Shown: positions 1-12,876, counted from the first letter of the whole stretch. The stretch is DNA of 63,791 nt, filler included, from 15 parts of 15 records of this genome joined end to end with filler, not necessarily neighbours in it; one strand, 5' to 3'. Notes: a model not told the origin generated them from the sequence alone. A program made the numbers and translations.

Positions 1-48
1 ATAAGGCGTTCACGCCGCATCCGGCAATAACAGCCTTGCCTGACGCAA
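1..48. repeat. REP/BIME palindromic element (partial, contig edge)
   Basis: ATAAGGCGTTCACGCCGCATCCGGCA matches the REP consensus and is followed by TTGCCTGACGC. Confidence 0.85.
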
Positions 49-1563
<1,515 letters not shown>

Positions 1564-1826
1564 CTACGCTCCTGAATCTTAAAGACAACGGCGGTGGCTA
1601 CAGATAGAATTGCAAGCTTTCGTAACTCATGTCCGCTGTTGCGATGACTTCGTGTTAATCTTAACGTTATTACGGCATTGGCACGTCAGAACAAAATCTG
1701 AGAGGTGAATCCGTTGAGTATAATTATCTTAGCGACGATTTCGACGACTCAAGAGAATAAATGACGTTTAAGCCATGAAACAAGCTAAAATCCTGCAAAA
1801 GACGAGTTTTTACGGGCGTATTTAAA

Positions 1827-2927
1827 GTGATAATCATAAGATATCTGGTGCGGGAGACGCTCAAAAGCCAGCTGGCGATACTCTTCATCTTGCTTTTGAT
1901 CTTCTTCTGTCAAAAGTTAGTGAGGATCCTCGGCGCAGCGGTTGACGGCGATATTCCGGCGAATCTGGTGCTCTCCCTTCTCGGGTTGGGCGTGCCGGAA
2001 ATGGCGCAGCTTATCCTGCCATTAAGCCTGTTCCTCGGGCTGCTGATGACGCTGGGCAAACTGTATACCGAAAGTGAAATTACGGTAATGCATGCCTGCG
2101 GCCTGAGCAAAGCGGTTCTGGTGAAAGCGGCAATGATCCTTGCGGTATTCACGGCAATCGTAGCGGCGGTTAACGTGATGTGGGCGGGACCGTGGTCATC
2201 GCGTCATCAGGATGAAGTGTTAGCAGAAGCGAAAGCGAACCCTGGCATGGCGGCGCTGGCGCAAGGGCAATTCCAGCAAGCGACTAATGGCAGCTCGGTG
2301 CTGTTCATCGAAAGCGTTGACGGCAGCGATTTCAAAGATGTGTTCCTCGCGCAAATTCGACCAAAAGGTAATGCACGTCCTTCTGTGGTGGTGGCCGATT
2401 CCGGACATTTAACCCAGCTGCGCGACGGCTCCCAGGTCGTCACTCTCAACCAGGGAACGCGCTTCGAAGGCACTGCAATGTTACGTGATTTCCGCATTAC
2501 GGACTTCCAGGATTATCAGGCGATCATTGGTCACCAGGCGGTGGCGCTCGACCCGAACGATACCGACCAGATGGACATGCGCACATTGTGGAACACTGAC
2601 ACCGATCGTGCTCGCGCAGAACTGAACTGGTGTATCACGTTGGTATTCACCGTGTTTATGATGGCACTTATGGTCGTACCGCTGAGCGTGGTTAACCCAC
2701 GTCAGGGACGCGTACTGTCGATGCTGCCAGCCATGCTGCTGTATCTACTTTTCTTCCTGATCCAGACCTCCCTGAAATCGAACGGCGGTAAAGGTAAGCT
2801 GGACCCGACGCTGTGGATGTGGACCGTTAACCTGATTTATCTGGCTTTAGCGATTGTTCTCAACCTTTGGGACACCGTGCCGGTCCGCCGCCTGCGCGCC
2901 AGTTTTTCGCGTAAAGGAGCGGTGTGA
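1827..2927 (+). CDS. lptF: LPS export ABC permease LptF
   Basis: 366 aa, GTG start, MIIIRYLVRETLKSQ; divergent from pepA. Confidence 0.98.
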   Translation: MIIIRYLVRETLKSQLAILFILLLIFFCQKLVRILGAAVDGDIPANLVLSLLGLGVPEMAQLILPLSLFLGLLMTLGKLYTESEITVMHACGLSKAVLVKAAMILAVFTAIVAAVNVMWAGPWSSRHQDEVLAEAKANPGMAALAQGQFQQATNGSSVLFIESVDGSDFKDVFLAQIRPKGNARPSVVVADSGHLTQLRDGSQVVTLNQGTRFEGTAMLRDFRITDFQDYQAIIGHQAVALDPNDTDQMDMRTLWNTDTDRARAELNWCITLVFTVFMMALMVVPLSVVNPRQGRVLSMLPAMLLYLLFFLIQTSLKSNGGKGKLDPTLWMWTVNLIYLALAIVLNLWDTVPVRRLRASFSRKGAV

Positions 2928-4009
2928 TGCAACCTTTTGGCGTACTTGACCGCTATATCGGTAAAACTATTTTCACCACCATCATGATGACACTGTTCAT
3001 GCTGGTGTCGCTGTCGGGCATTATCAAGTTTGTCGATCAGCTGAAAAAAGCCGGGCAGGGGAGTTACGACGCGTTAGGCGCAGGAATGTATACCTTGCTG
3101 AGCGTGCCGAAAGATGTGCAGATCTTCTTCCCGATGGCGGCTCTGCTTGGGGCGTTGCTTGGTCTTGGGATGCTGGCGCAGCGCAGCGAACTGGTGGTGA
3201 TGCAGGCTTCTGGTTTTACCCGTATGCAGGTGGCGCTGTCGGTGATGAAAACCGCCATTCCGCTGGTCTTGCTGACGATGGCGATTGGCGAATGGGTCGC
3301 GCCGCAGGGCGAGCAGATGGCGCGTAACTACCGTGCGCAGGCGATGTACGGCGGCTCGTTGCTCTCTACCCAGCAAGGCTTATGGGCGAAAGATGGCAAC
3401 AACTTCGTCTACATTGAGCGGGTTAAAGGTGACGAAGAGTTAGGTGGCATCAGCATTTATGCCTTTAACGAGAATCGTCGTCTGCAATCCGTACGCTATG
3501 CCGCTACTGCGAAGTTTGACCCGGAACATAAAGTCTGGCGTCTGTCGCAGGTTGATGAATCTGATCTGACCAATCCGAAACAGATTACCGGTTCGCAGAC
3601 GGTGAGCGGCACCTGGAAAACCAACCTCACGCCGGACAAACTGGGCGTGGTGGCGCTGGACCCGGATGCACTCTCTATCAGCGGTTTGCACAACTATGTG
3701 AAGTATCTGAAGTCGAGCGGTCAGGATGCCGGACGTTATCAGCTCAACATGTGGAGCAAAATCTTCCAGCCGCTATCTGTGGCGGTGATGATGCTGATGG
3801 CGCTGTCGTTCATCTTTGGCCCACTGCGTAGCGTACCGATGGGCGTGCGTGTGGTCACCGGTATCAGTTTCGGTTTTGTCTTCTACGTACTGGACCAGAT
3901 CTTCGGCCCGCTGACGTTGGTTTATGGCATCCCGCCGATCATCGGCGCACTGTTGCCAAGCGCCAGCTTCTTCTTAATCAGCCTGTGGCTGTTAATGAGA
4001 AAATCGTAA
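2927..4009 (+). CDS. lptG: LPS export ABC permease LptG
   Basis: MQPFGVLDRYIGK; TGATG overlap with lptF. Confidence 0.98.
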   Translation: MQPFGVLDRYIGKTIFTTIMMTLFMLVSLSGIIKFVDQLKKAGQGSYDALGAGMYTLLSVPKDVQIFFPMAALLGALLGLGMLAQRSELVVMQASGFTRMQVALSVMKTAIPLVLLTMAIGEWVAPQGEQMARNYRAQAMYGGSLLSTQQGLWAKDGNNFVYIERVKGDEELGGISIYAFNENRRLQSVRYAATAKFDPEHKVWRLSQVDESDLTNPKQITGSQTVSGTWKTNLTPDKLGVVALDPDALSISGLHNYVKYLKSSGQDAGRYQLNMWSKIFQPLSVAVMMLMALSFIFGPLRSVPMGVRVVTGISFGFVFYVLDQIFGPLTLVYGIPPIIGALLPSASFFLISLWLLMRKS

Positions 4010-4020
4010 CCGAATGAACG

Positions 4021-4048
4021 AATAAAGGGAGCGAAAGCTCCCTTTATT
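4021..4048. terminator. Rho-independent terminator after lptG
   Basis: AATAAAGGGAGC-GAAA-GCTCCCTTTATT perfect hairpin. Confidence 0.85.
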
Positions 4049-4121
4049 ATTGTTAGCAAAGTGTGCTTCGTTCATTCCTGAAAAATAATTAAAATTCAAT
4101 ATATTGCAGTGGGGTGGGCAT

Positions 4122-4146
4122 GATAAGACGCGCCAGCGTCGCATCA
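4122..4146. repeat. REP element (truncated by contig end)
   Basis: GATAAGACGCGCCAGCGTCGCATCA. Confidence 0.85.
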
Positions 4147-4246
4147 NNNNNNNNNNNNNNNNNNNNNNNNNNNNNNNNNNNNNNNNNNNNTTAATTAATT
4201 AANNNNNNNNNNNNNNNNNNNNNNNNNNNNNNNNNNNNNNNNNNNN
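4147..4246. other. Artificial contig spacer (first of 14; the others start at 9418, 14382, 18414, 24475, 27574, 36784, 38896, 46223, 48390, 51533, 54443, 56725, 60702)
   Basis: 44 N + TTAATTAATTAA (stop in all six frames) + 44 N, repeated identically. Confidence 0.99.
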
Positions 4247-4519
4247 TTTTAGGTTTTCTAACCGGGCTTCCCGTATCTCGGGAGTTTGCCGGAACAACTA
4301 CACACGCCACGGCGCGCTGAACCGCGCTTACTCGTTCCGGCAGGTTCTGTCGGGATCGGCGGGCCGCAGACTGGTGTTTATCCGCTGGCAACGCCGGGTG
4401 GCTGGCAGTTGATTGGTCATACCTCACTCAGCCTGTTTGATCCGGCGCGTGACGAACCCATCTTATTACGTCCGGGAGACAGCGTGCGCTTTGTACCGCA
4501 GAAGGAGGGAGTATGCTGA
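4247..4519 (+). CDS. pxpB: 5-oxoprolinase subunit PxpB (3' part; extra T at 4259)
   Basis: [18 protein letters not shown]...[16 protein letters not shown]. Confidence 0.93.
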
Positions 4520-5445
4520 AGATTATTCGTGCGGGCATGTATACCACTGTGCAGGATGGCGGTCGTCACGGTTTTCGCCAGTCGGGTATCAGCCACTGCG
4601 GCGCACTGGATATGCCCGCGTTACGCATTGCTAACCTACTGGTGGGTAATGACGCCAATGCCCCCGCGCTGGAGATCACGCTCGGTCAGTTAACTGTTGA
4701 GTTCGAAACTGATGGGTGGTTTGCTCTGACGGGTGCCGGTTGCGAAGCGCGGCTGGATGATAATGCCGTCTGGACCGGCTGGCGATTGCCGATGAAAGCA
4801 GGCCAGCGTTTAACGCTTAAACGCCCGCAGCACGGGATGCGCAGTTATCTGGCGGTCGCGGGTGGTATTGATGTTCCGCCGGTAATGGGCTCATGCAGCA
4901 CCGATCTCAAAGTGGGGATTGGCGGGCTGGAAGGCCGTTTACTGAAGGATGGTGACCGACTCCCGATTGGCAAATCGAAGCGTGATTCTATGGAAGCGCA
5001 GGGCGTTAAACAGCTGCTGTGGGGCAACCGCATTCGCGCCTTGCCGGGGCCGGAATATCATGAGTTCGATCGCGCCTCGCAGGATGCATTCTGGCGTTCG
5101 CCCTGGCAGCTTAGCTCGCAAAGTAACCGCATGGGCTATCGCTTACAGGGGCAAATTTTAAAACGCACCACCGATCGCGAACTGTTATCTCACGGTTTGT
5201 TACCGGGCGTGGTGCAGGTGCCACATAACGGGCAGCCGATTGTGTTGATGAACGACGCACAGACCACCGGTGGTTACCCGCGTATTGCCTGTATCATTGA
5301 GGCTGATATGTACCATCTGGCGCAAATTCCGCTCGGTCAGCCGATTCATTTTGTCCAGTGTTCACTGGAAGAGGCACTAAAAGCACGGCAAGATCAGCAA
5401 CGTTATTTTGAACAATTAGCGTGGCGGCTGCACAATGAAAATTGA
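4513..5445 (+). CDS. pxpC: 5-oxoprolinase subunit PxpC
   Basis: 310 aa, TVQDGGR and QTTGGYPRI motifs. Confidence 0.96.
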
Positions 5446-6169
5446 CCTGAACGCCGATCTGGGCGAAGGCTGCGCCAGCGACGCAGAGCTATTAACGCTG
5501 GTTTCCTCTGCCAATATTGCCTGTGGATTTCATGCAGGCGATGCGCAAATCATGCAGGCTTGCGTGCGTGAAGCAATAAAAAATGGTGTCGCGATTGGCG
5601 CTCACCCGAGTTTTCCCGACAGGGAAAATTTTGGTCGCAGCGCCATGCAGCTGCCGCCAGAAACCGTTTACGCCCAGACGCTGTATCAAATTGGCGCGCT
5701 GGCAACGATTGCCCGTGCGCAAGGCGGCGTAATGCGTCATGTCAAACCGCACGGCATGTTGTACAACCAGGCGGCGAAAGAAGCACAACTGGCAGACGCC
5801 ATCGCCAGAGCGGTATACGCTTGCGATCCAGCATTGATTCTCGTCGGGCTGGCGGGAAGCGAGCTGATTCGTGCAGGCAAGCAATATGGTCTGACAACGC
5901 GCGAGGAAGTGTTTGCCGATCGCGGTTATCAGGCTGACGGCTCGCTGGTGCCGCGAAGCCAGTCAGGCGCGTTGATTGAAAACGAAGAACAGGCGCTGGC
6001 GCAAACGCTGGAGATGGTGCAACACGGCAGAGTCAAAAGTATCACCGGCGAATGGGCAACGGTCGCGGCGCAAACGGTCTGCCTGCATGGCGACGGCGAG
6101 CACGCACTGGCGTTCGCCCGCCGACTACGCTCTGCATTTGCCGAAAAGGGGATTGTTGTCGCAGCATAA
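5435..6169 (+). CDS. pxpA: 5-oxoprolinase subunit PxpA (LamB/YcsF family)
   Basis: [22 protein letters not shown]. Confidence 0.96.
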
Positions 6170-6204
6170 CCCCGATTAATAAAGAATGAAAAAAGGATAT
6201 CACC

Positions 6205-6996
6205 ATGCCTGAAGGCCCGGAGATCCGCCGTGCAGCGGATAACCTGGAGGCGGCGATCAAAGGCAAACCACTAACTGATGTCTGGTTTGCCTTCCCGCAG
6301 TTAAAACCTTATCAATCACAACTTATCGGTCAACACGTTACCCATGTGGAAACGCGTGGTAAGGCGTTGTTAACTCATTTTTCCAACGACTTAACGCTCT
6401 ACAGCCATAATCAGCTTTACGGCGTCTGGCGCGTGGTTGATACCGGCGAAGAGCCGCAGACCACGCGAGTATTGCGGGTAAAACTGCAAACGGCTGACAA
6501 AACCATTCTGCTTTATAGCGCCTCGGATATTGAGATGTTGACCCCGGAACAACTGACCACGCATCCGTTTTTACAACGCGTTGGTCCCGATGTGCTGGAT
6601 CCGAATCTGACGCCGGAGGTGGTGAAAGAACGATTATTGTCGCCGCGCTTTCGTAACCGTCAGTTTGCTGGATTACTGCTCGATCAGGCGTTTCTGGCTG
6701 GGCTTGGCAATTATTTGCGGGTGGAGATCCTCTGGCAGGTTGGGTTGACTGGAAATCATAAAGCGAAAGATCTCAATGCGGCGCAACTGGATGCACTCGC
6801 ACACGCGTTACTGGAGATTCCTCGATTTTCCTACGCTACGCGGGGGCAGGTGGATGAGAATAAGCATCATGGGGCGCTGTTTCGCTTTAAGGTTTTTCAT
6901 CGAGATGGCGAACCGTGCGAACGTTGTGGCAGCATCATTGAGAAAACCACGCTGTCATCTCGCCCGTTTTACTGGTGCCCTGGCTGCCAGCACTAG
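6205..6996 (+). CDS. nei: Endonuclease VIII
   Basis: MPEGPE N-terminus, GLGNY H2TH motif, C-terminal zinc finger. Confidence 0.98.
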
Positions 6997-8039
6997 GCCG
7001 ACCGCTTCGGCGCATAGGTTGAAATAAACCGCGCAATGGCAGGCCCTGTCAGCAAAATACTGAACAGGCGTAGGGTTTGCATCGCCATAATGAGCGCCAT
7101 ATCGGCATTGCTCCCTGCGGCGATGACCGCCACGGTATCAAGCCCGCCGGGGCTGGTGGCGAGGTAGGCAGTCATAAAATCAATGTGCATAAACCGGGTC
7201 AGCCCCCACGCCATACCCGCACAAATAGCCAGCAGAGCAAAAATCGACAGCAGGATTTGCGGTAGCGGGCGTAGTGCCCGCAGTAAGATTTGTTTATCGA
7301 AACCAAGACCAATCCGCCAGCCAATTGCCATATACGCCATCGCCAGCAGCCATTCCGGTAGTTCGATGGTGATGAGCTGACCAGACTGGAGCACTGCGCC
7401 CGCCAGCATCGGGATGAGCATCGTGCCGGAAGGAAGACGCAGCAGGCATCCCACTGTACCGGCAACGACCGCGAGCAAAATAGTAAGCAGGAGATTAATG
7501 CTCACTGGCGGGAACCAGACGATATGCTGGTTAACCGCTTCAGCGTTATCGCCCAGCATCATGCGGGTGACCAGAACAGCGGCCCCCGCGACGAACAGCA
7601 CTCGCAGATATTGCATAAACGCCACCAGGCGAATATCTGCGCCGTAATCTTGCGCCATAGCGACCATTGCCGCCGCGCCGCCAGGAGAGGAGCCCCAGGC
7701 ACCGGTATTTCCAGGCAATGAGCTATAGCGCACCAATAACCAACCCACAATGGCGCTGGAAAGCAGCGTTACCAGTAAAATTGCAAGCACGATCGGCCAG
7801 TTGACGGCCAGGGTGGTGAGAATCGAACCAGTGAGGTTTTGCGCAATCATGCAGCCAAGAATGGCCTGGGCGGCGAGAAAAGCAGAGCGGGGAAGTTGCA
7901 GAGTAATTCCGCGCATACTAAAGATGATCCCGGCGATCATCGGCCCAAGTAATAGCGCCGCCGGGAGATGTACCGCGAGGAAACCAATAGAAAGGAGAAG
8001 TGATAGCACACATAACATTCCCCACTGCAAAACTGGCAT
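6993..8039 (-). CDS. abrB: AbrB family membrane protein
   Basis: Hydrophobic 348 aa from MPVLQWG with two SPGG motifs; start chosen at 8039. Confidence 0.92.
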
Positions 8040-8154
8040 CCTTCGCTCCCTCATTATTTTCTCTTTGGTGTATCGATACAGCATAAAGAAAGCTGGGCCA
8101 GGAAAAAATAACAGCAATCAAGGAAAAGGGGAAAATCAGCAATTTTCTGAAAGA

Positions 8155-8182
8155 GATGCCCTTTCCGGCGGCAAAGGGCATC
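8155..8182. terminator. Hairpin downstream of ybgO
   Basis: GATGCCCTTT-CCGGCGGC-AAAGGGCATC. Confidence 0.6.
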
Positions 8183-8190
8183 ATGGTAAA

Positions 8191-9252
8191 TCAGTTATAG
8201 TTAATCTTAAAAAGCACCACTGTATCGAAGGGGCCAGCCTCGATGGGGGTGCCTGGAATGGACGAAAGTTCAGCCGTATAGGTTTTTTCGTAGACCAACA
8301 TGTCACTGGTGAAATCGGCGTATTCAGCATATTTATTGAAGGTATAAGGCGAGGCGTTTTCATCCAGTAAACGTAGCTTCAGACCATTACCAATCAACAA
8401 TGCTTTATCTTCTTCAACCAACGTTTCTTCGGTATAAAAGGAGGAACTGACTTTAAATCCGTCGGTGCATTGATCGTTTTGGCTCTTGGTCGTTTTAATA
8501 CTGAACGTTTTCGACATTGTGTGGCGACGTATATCCAGCAAATTAAATTTACCAAAATCAATCACCTGTGTTTCCGGTGAAATGGAAAAATTGACGCTGC
8601 AATCCAGCACGCGAATGTTTTCCAGACCAGTAATATGATATTTCAGGTTTTGGGCAGTAGGGTCTTCGTTAACGCTACCGGCACCGTCAAATTGCACGAC
8701 GATATAGTCGCTAAGCGTACTTTGATAATCATGCGGCGGCATTTCTCGTATTTTGACGTATAACCGCATGCGAGCGAGAAAGGTACGCGACATATGAATA
8801 TTAGCGGGATCGCCCGAGCAAATTTTGTTCTGCCATCCCATCGCGATGATCTGCTCAGGGGTATAAATATCAATGTTCTTACTGTCGATACACTGGTTAG
8901 TGTCGATGCGACTTTTTCCCAGACTGGCATCGTAATCGACACCGTTGTATGTCACGCCGAGTTGATAATAACGATCCTGCACCCCCGGATAGGGGTTTAC
9001 CCAGGCGTAGACATGCTCGCTTTCAAAGTTGCCGTTGGTATTGTTGTCACAATAGACGGGAATTTTAATATCGTCAGATTCCCAGATCTTATCACCGGGT
9101 TTGGCATTGCCTGGTACAGCAAACGGTTGAATCGCTTCTGATTTTTCTACTGCGCCACCAGATGTACCAAAATAGCAGTTCAGCGCCATTGCAGACTTCA
9201 ACGGCAGAAATAACAGGCAGATGACGAGCAACAATCCCTTGCCAGCACTCAT
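8191..9252 (-). CDS. ybgO: Fimbrial-type adhesin YbgO
   Basis: Signal peptide [14 protein letters not shown]; pilin-like C-terminus FKINYN. Confidence 0.9.
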   Translation of the reverse strand: MSAGKGLLLVICLLFLPLKSAMALNCYFGTSGGAVEKSEAIQPFAVPGNAKPGDKIWESDDIKIPVYCDNNTNGNFESEHVYAWVNPYPGVQDRYYQLGVTYNGVDYDASLGKSRIDTNQCIDSKNIDIYTPEQIIAMGWQNKICSGDPANIHMSRTFLARMRLYVKIREMPPHDYQSTLSDYIVVQFDGAGSVNEDPTAQNLKYHITGLENIRVLDCSVNFSISPETQVIDFGKFNLLDIRRHTMSKTFSIKTTKSQNDQCTDGFKVSSSFYTEETLVEEDKALLIGNGLKLRLLDENASPYTFNKYAEYADFTSDMLVYEKTYTAELSSIPGTPIEAGPFDTVVLFKINYN

Positions 9253-9417
9253 TTCGCCTCCACTGCTTGTAAACGGCATTGTCCGCTGCAGTTGAGCGTC
9301 GTCATGCGTAATGCGCCGTAATCATCCATGTAACCGAGATAAAACTGGCTGCCGCTATAACTTCCGGTGTTTGTGTTGACCGTACTAAAAGGTGCAACCA
9401 TCACGGTTTTGAAGCCT
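9249..9417 (-). CDS. ybgP: Fimbrial chaperone YbgP (3' end only)
   Basis: Manual translation ...VMVAPFS...[10 protein letters not shown]...VEAK*; ATGA overlap with ybgO. Confidence 0.85.
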
Positions 9418-9517
9418 NNNNNNNNNNNNNNNNNNNNNNNNNNNNNNNNNNNNNNNNNNNNTTAATTAATTAANNNNNNNNNNNNNNNNNNNNNNNNNNN
9501 NNNNNNNNNNNNNNNNN

Positions 9518-9865
9518 GGGCGTCGATTCGCTTATTGCACCAGATGCCATCTGAATCGAGAAGTGTTCAAAGCAGAGTTGTGGATCATAAGGAAACAGCG
9601 AAGTGATCACCATCGCCTGCTGTTGTGGATCATAAACTGAAGGCGTAGCGGACTGCGGCGGAGAAATAAATGTTGAAAATGGTACGTTCAACCCGGTGGC
9701 AATTTTCCATAATGTCGCGACCGTCGGACTGGACTCATTACGCTCAATCTGCCCTAACATTGCTTTAGAAACGCCCGTCGCTTCTGCCAGTCGCGAAAGA
9801 CTCCAGCCGCGCTGCTGGCGTAGTTGTTTAAGTGTGGTGGATAAAAAGCGAGCGAGATTTTCCAT
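9518..9865 (-). CDS. sutR: XRE-cupin regulator SutR (YdcN), 3'-truncated
   Basis: HTH LSRLAEATGVSKAMLGQIERNESSPT. Confidence 0.92.
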
Positions 9866-9956
9866 GCGACTCCTCCGGCAAAACGGAAGTTTATCACTTG
9901 TGCGTTATAACGGACAAATGCTACGGTGCCTGTACGCTATAACGCACGAGGTGACT

Positions 9957-11132
9957 ATGCGTCTGTTTTCTATTCCTCCACCCACGCTACTGGCGGGGTT
10001 TCTGGCGGTATTAATTGGCTACGCCAGTTCAGCGGCAATAATCTGGCAAGCAGCGATTGTCGCCGGAGCCACCACTGCACAAATCTCTGGCTGGATGACG
10101 GCGCTGGGGCTGGCAATGGGCGTCAGTACGCTGACTCTGACATTATGGTATCGCGTACCTGTTCTCACCGCATGGTCAACGCCTGGCGCGGCTTTGTTGG
10201 TCACCGGATTGCAGGGACTAACACTTAACGAAGCCATCGGCGTTTTTATTGTCACCAACGCGCTAATAGTCCTCTGCGGCATAACGGGACTCTTTGCTCG
10301 TCTGATGCGCATTATTCCGCACTCGCTTGCGGCGGCAATGCTTGCCGGGATTTTATTACGCTTTGGTTTACAGGCGTTTGCCAGTCTGGACGGTCAATTT
10401 ACGTTGTGTGGAAGTATGTTGCTGGTATGGCTGGCAACCAAGGCCGTTGCGCCGCGCTATGCGGTAATTGCCGCGATGATTATTGGGATCGTGATCGTCA
10501 TCGCGCAAGGTGACGTTGTCACAACTGATGTTGTCTTTAAACCCGTTCTCCCCACTTATATTACCCCTGATTTTTCGTTTGCTCACAGCCTGAGCGTTGC
10601 ACTCCCCCTTTTTCTGGTGACGATGGCATCGCAAAACGCACCGGGTATCGCAGCAATGAAAGCAGCTGGATATTCGGCTCCTGTTTCGCCATTAATTGTA
10701 TTTACTGGATTGCTGGCACTGGTTTTTTCCCCTTTCGGCGTTTATTCCGTCGGTATTGCGGCAATCACCGCGGCTATTTGCCAAAGCCCGGAAGCGCATC
10801 CGGATAAAGATCAACGTTGGCTGGCCGCTGCCGTTGCAGGCATTTTCTATTTGCTCGCAGGTCTGTTTGGTAGTGCCATTACCGGGATGATGGCTGCCCT
10901 GCCCGTAAGTTGGATCCAGATGCTGGCAGGTCTGGCGCTGTTAAGTACCATCGGCGGCAGTTTGTATCAGGCGCTGCATAATGAGCGTGAGCGAGACGCG
11001 GCGGTGGTGGCATTTCTGGTAACGGCAAGTGGATTGACGCTGGTCGGGATTGGTTCTGCGTTTTGGGGATTAATTGCCGGAGGCGTTTGTTACGTGGTGT
11101 TGAATTTAATCGCTGACAGAAACCGATATTGA
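9957..11132 (+). CDS. ydcO: BenE-family transporter YdcO
   Basis: 391 aa from MRLFSIPP; AWSTPGAALL and MASQNAPG motifs; RBS GAGG. Confidence 0.93.
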   Translation: MRLFSIPPPTLLAGFLAVLIGYASSAAIIWQAAIVAGATTAQISGWMTALGLAMGVSTLTLTLWYRVPVLTAWSTPGAALLVTGLQGLTLNEAIGVFIVTNALIVLCGITGLFARLMRIIPHSLAAAMLAGILLRFGLQAFASLDGQFTLCGSMLLVWLATKAVAPRYAVIAAMIIGIVIVIAQGDVVTTDVVFKPVLPTYITPDFSFAHSLSVALPLFLVTMASQNAPGIAAMKAAGYSAPVSPLIVFTGLLALVFSPFGVYSVGIAAITAAICQSPEAHPDKDQRWLAAAVAGIFYLLAGLFGSAITGMMAALPVSWIQMLAGLALLSTIGGSLYQALHNERERDAAVVAFLVTASGLTLVGIGSAFWGLIAGGVCYVVLNLIADRNRY

Positions 11133-11330
11133 CATCCTCCACGCCCTGAAGGACGTGGATCCCTGCTACGTTCAGGCTGTCGCCTGAATCATTTCGGTGG
11201 GTTCCTGCTTCAACGGGCGGCCTGACTGCACCATCTCTCCACAGGCAAGAACGGCGTGCCCCGCCGCTAAAATGTTGCGAGCGCCATTTACATCGGCGTT
11301 CGCTGTATATCCACATACCTGGCATCTGAA
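11109..11330 (-). ncRNA. Predicted TnpB omega/reRNA (tnpB 3' end + right end + flanking guide); boundaries approximate
   Basis: Inferred from the known architecture of IS605-family TnpB elements; right-end hairpin seen. Confidence 0.5.
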
Positions 11331-12876
11331 TTTACTTTGTGACAGGCGGTTCTCTTTCGCTGTATGACCACAGTACGCGCAACGCTGGCTTGTATACGCT
11401 GGCGGAACAGCAAGCACCTGACCGCCACGCCAGAGCTGCTTATACGCAAGCTGGCGGCGCATTTCATACCAGCCCTGATCCAGTATCGAACGGTTTAAAC
11501 CTGATTTTGCCCGGACATTGCGCCCCGGCTGGCTGACCGTACCCGCTGCTGACTTTGACATGTTGCTGACCTTCAAATCCTCAATGACTATCATTGCGTG
11601 GTTTTTGCTGACGGCCGTTGTGACTTTGTGAAGGTAGTCCCTGCGGATATTTGCGATACAGGAATGCAGTCGCTGTATTTTGCGTTTCTGCTTTTGCCAG
11701 TTGTTGCTGAATTTGACCTTGCGGCTTAACTGTCGCTGAAGTCTCGCCAGCTTCTTCTGGTTTTTCTGAAAACTGTTTACAGGCTCAAAGACTGTGCCAT
11801 CTGACAGCGTGGCGAGTTTAGCCACGCCAGCATCCAGCCCGACCATTGATGCTGAAGGGTGAACCGGAGTTGATACTTCACTTTCTGTCTGAATACTGAT
11901 GTACCACTTACCGCAGGACTGGCTGACAGTGACATTTTTCACAACACCCGTGACCTGACGGCTGTTCCGGTAGCGCATCCAGCCCAGTTTCGGCAGAAAA
12001 ATACGGCTGTTTTCCTGATCGAGCTTAACGCCCTGCGGGTAGCGGAATGCATCATTCTGTCCCCGCTTTTTGAATCGGGGAAAAGCAGCCCGCTTCCGGA
12101 AGAAGTTTTTGTAAGCCCGCTCAAGGTCTTTCAGTGACTGTTGCAATGGCTGTGAGGGAGAATCTTTAAGCCATTGCGTTTCAGTGGCATTTTTCCACTC
12201 AACCAGCCAGGAAGCCATTTTCCCGTAAGGGATGTATTTATTACCGGCCTCATGATTCTCATTCTGACGTGCCAGAGCACGATTGAAAACGAAACGACAT
12301 GCGCCTGCGAAGCGCCTCATTTCACACTCCTGTTGACCACCGGGTCTTAACTGGAATTTAAATGCCTGTAATCGTTTCACAGGTCAAATGATACTTTGGT
12401 CTGTGAAAAAAGAAACCGATATCCGGCGTGGAAGGCATTGTGTTTTCCTGATGCATGTTCACCTGCTCTTTGTCACCAGATACCGACGCCAGATTTTTGA
12501 CCATGACGCGACAGAAAAACTACGCACTTACTTTTCAAATGTATGTGCTGATTTTGAAGCTGAACTGGTTGAAATGGATGGCGAACCAGATCACGTCCAT
12601 TTGTTAATTAACTATCCTCCCAAACTGGCGATATCCAGTCTGGTAAACAGCCTCAAAGGCGTATCGGGTAGGTGACTGCGACGAGATCGACCAGATATTG
12701 CATTCAGGTATTACTACAAAGGCGTTTTGTGGAGTCCTGGCTATTTTGCCAGTAGCTGCGGAGGTGCGCCAATATCCGTCATCCGCCAATACATTGAACA
12801 ACAGCAAACACCTGGTCAGGTGGAAAACCGCGCCTTATATCCCCGCCCTGAAGGATGGGGTTTTACGGCGCACCGG
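11129..12876 (-). mobile_element. IS609 (IS200/IS605 family), 1748 bp
   Basis: Subterminal hairpins CCACGCCCTGAAGGACGTGG (11139-11158) and CCCCGCCCTGAAGGATGGGG (12841-12860); TTAT target 5' of the left end (12880-12877, minus); TCAA at the right end; divergent tnpA/tnpB. Confidence 0.92.
11172..12380 (-). CDS. insQ: TnpB RNA-guided endonuclease (InsQ)
   Basis: RuvC-I GLDAG, RuvC-II IEDL, zinc finger CAYC/CQVC, Ruv[14 protein letters not shown]; alternative ATG start at 12320. Confidence 0.95.
   Translation of the reverse strand: MKRLQAFKFQLRPGGQQECEMRRFAGACRFVFNRALARQNENHEAGNKYIPYGKMASWLVEWKNATETQWLKDSPSQPLQQSLKDLERAYKNFFRKRAAFPRFKKRGQNDAFRYPQGVKLDQENSRIFLPKLGWMRYRNSRQVTGVVKNVTVSQSCGKWYISIQTESEVSTPVHPSASMVGLDAGVAKLATLSDGTVFEPVNSFQKNQKKLARLQRQLSRKVKFSNNWQKQKRKIQRLHSCIANIRRDYLHKVTTAVSKNHAMIVIEDLKVSNMSKSAAGTVSQPGRNVRAKSGLNRSILDQGWYEMRRQLAYKQLWRGGQVLAVPPAYTSQRCAYCGHTAKENRLSQSKFRCQVCGYTANADVNGARNILAAGHAVLACGEMVQSGRPLKQEPTEMIQATA

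Noticed and set aside
4191..4202. Recurring TTAATTAATTAA as a possible repeat array or CRISPR
   Set aside because: It is always centred in N runs and is an assembly linker. No CRISPR array or cas gene was seen.
9696..9956. 87-aa N-terminal extension of YdcO
   Set aside because: It overlaps sutR antisense; the RBS and family similarity start at 9957.
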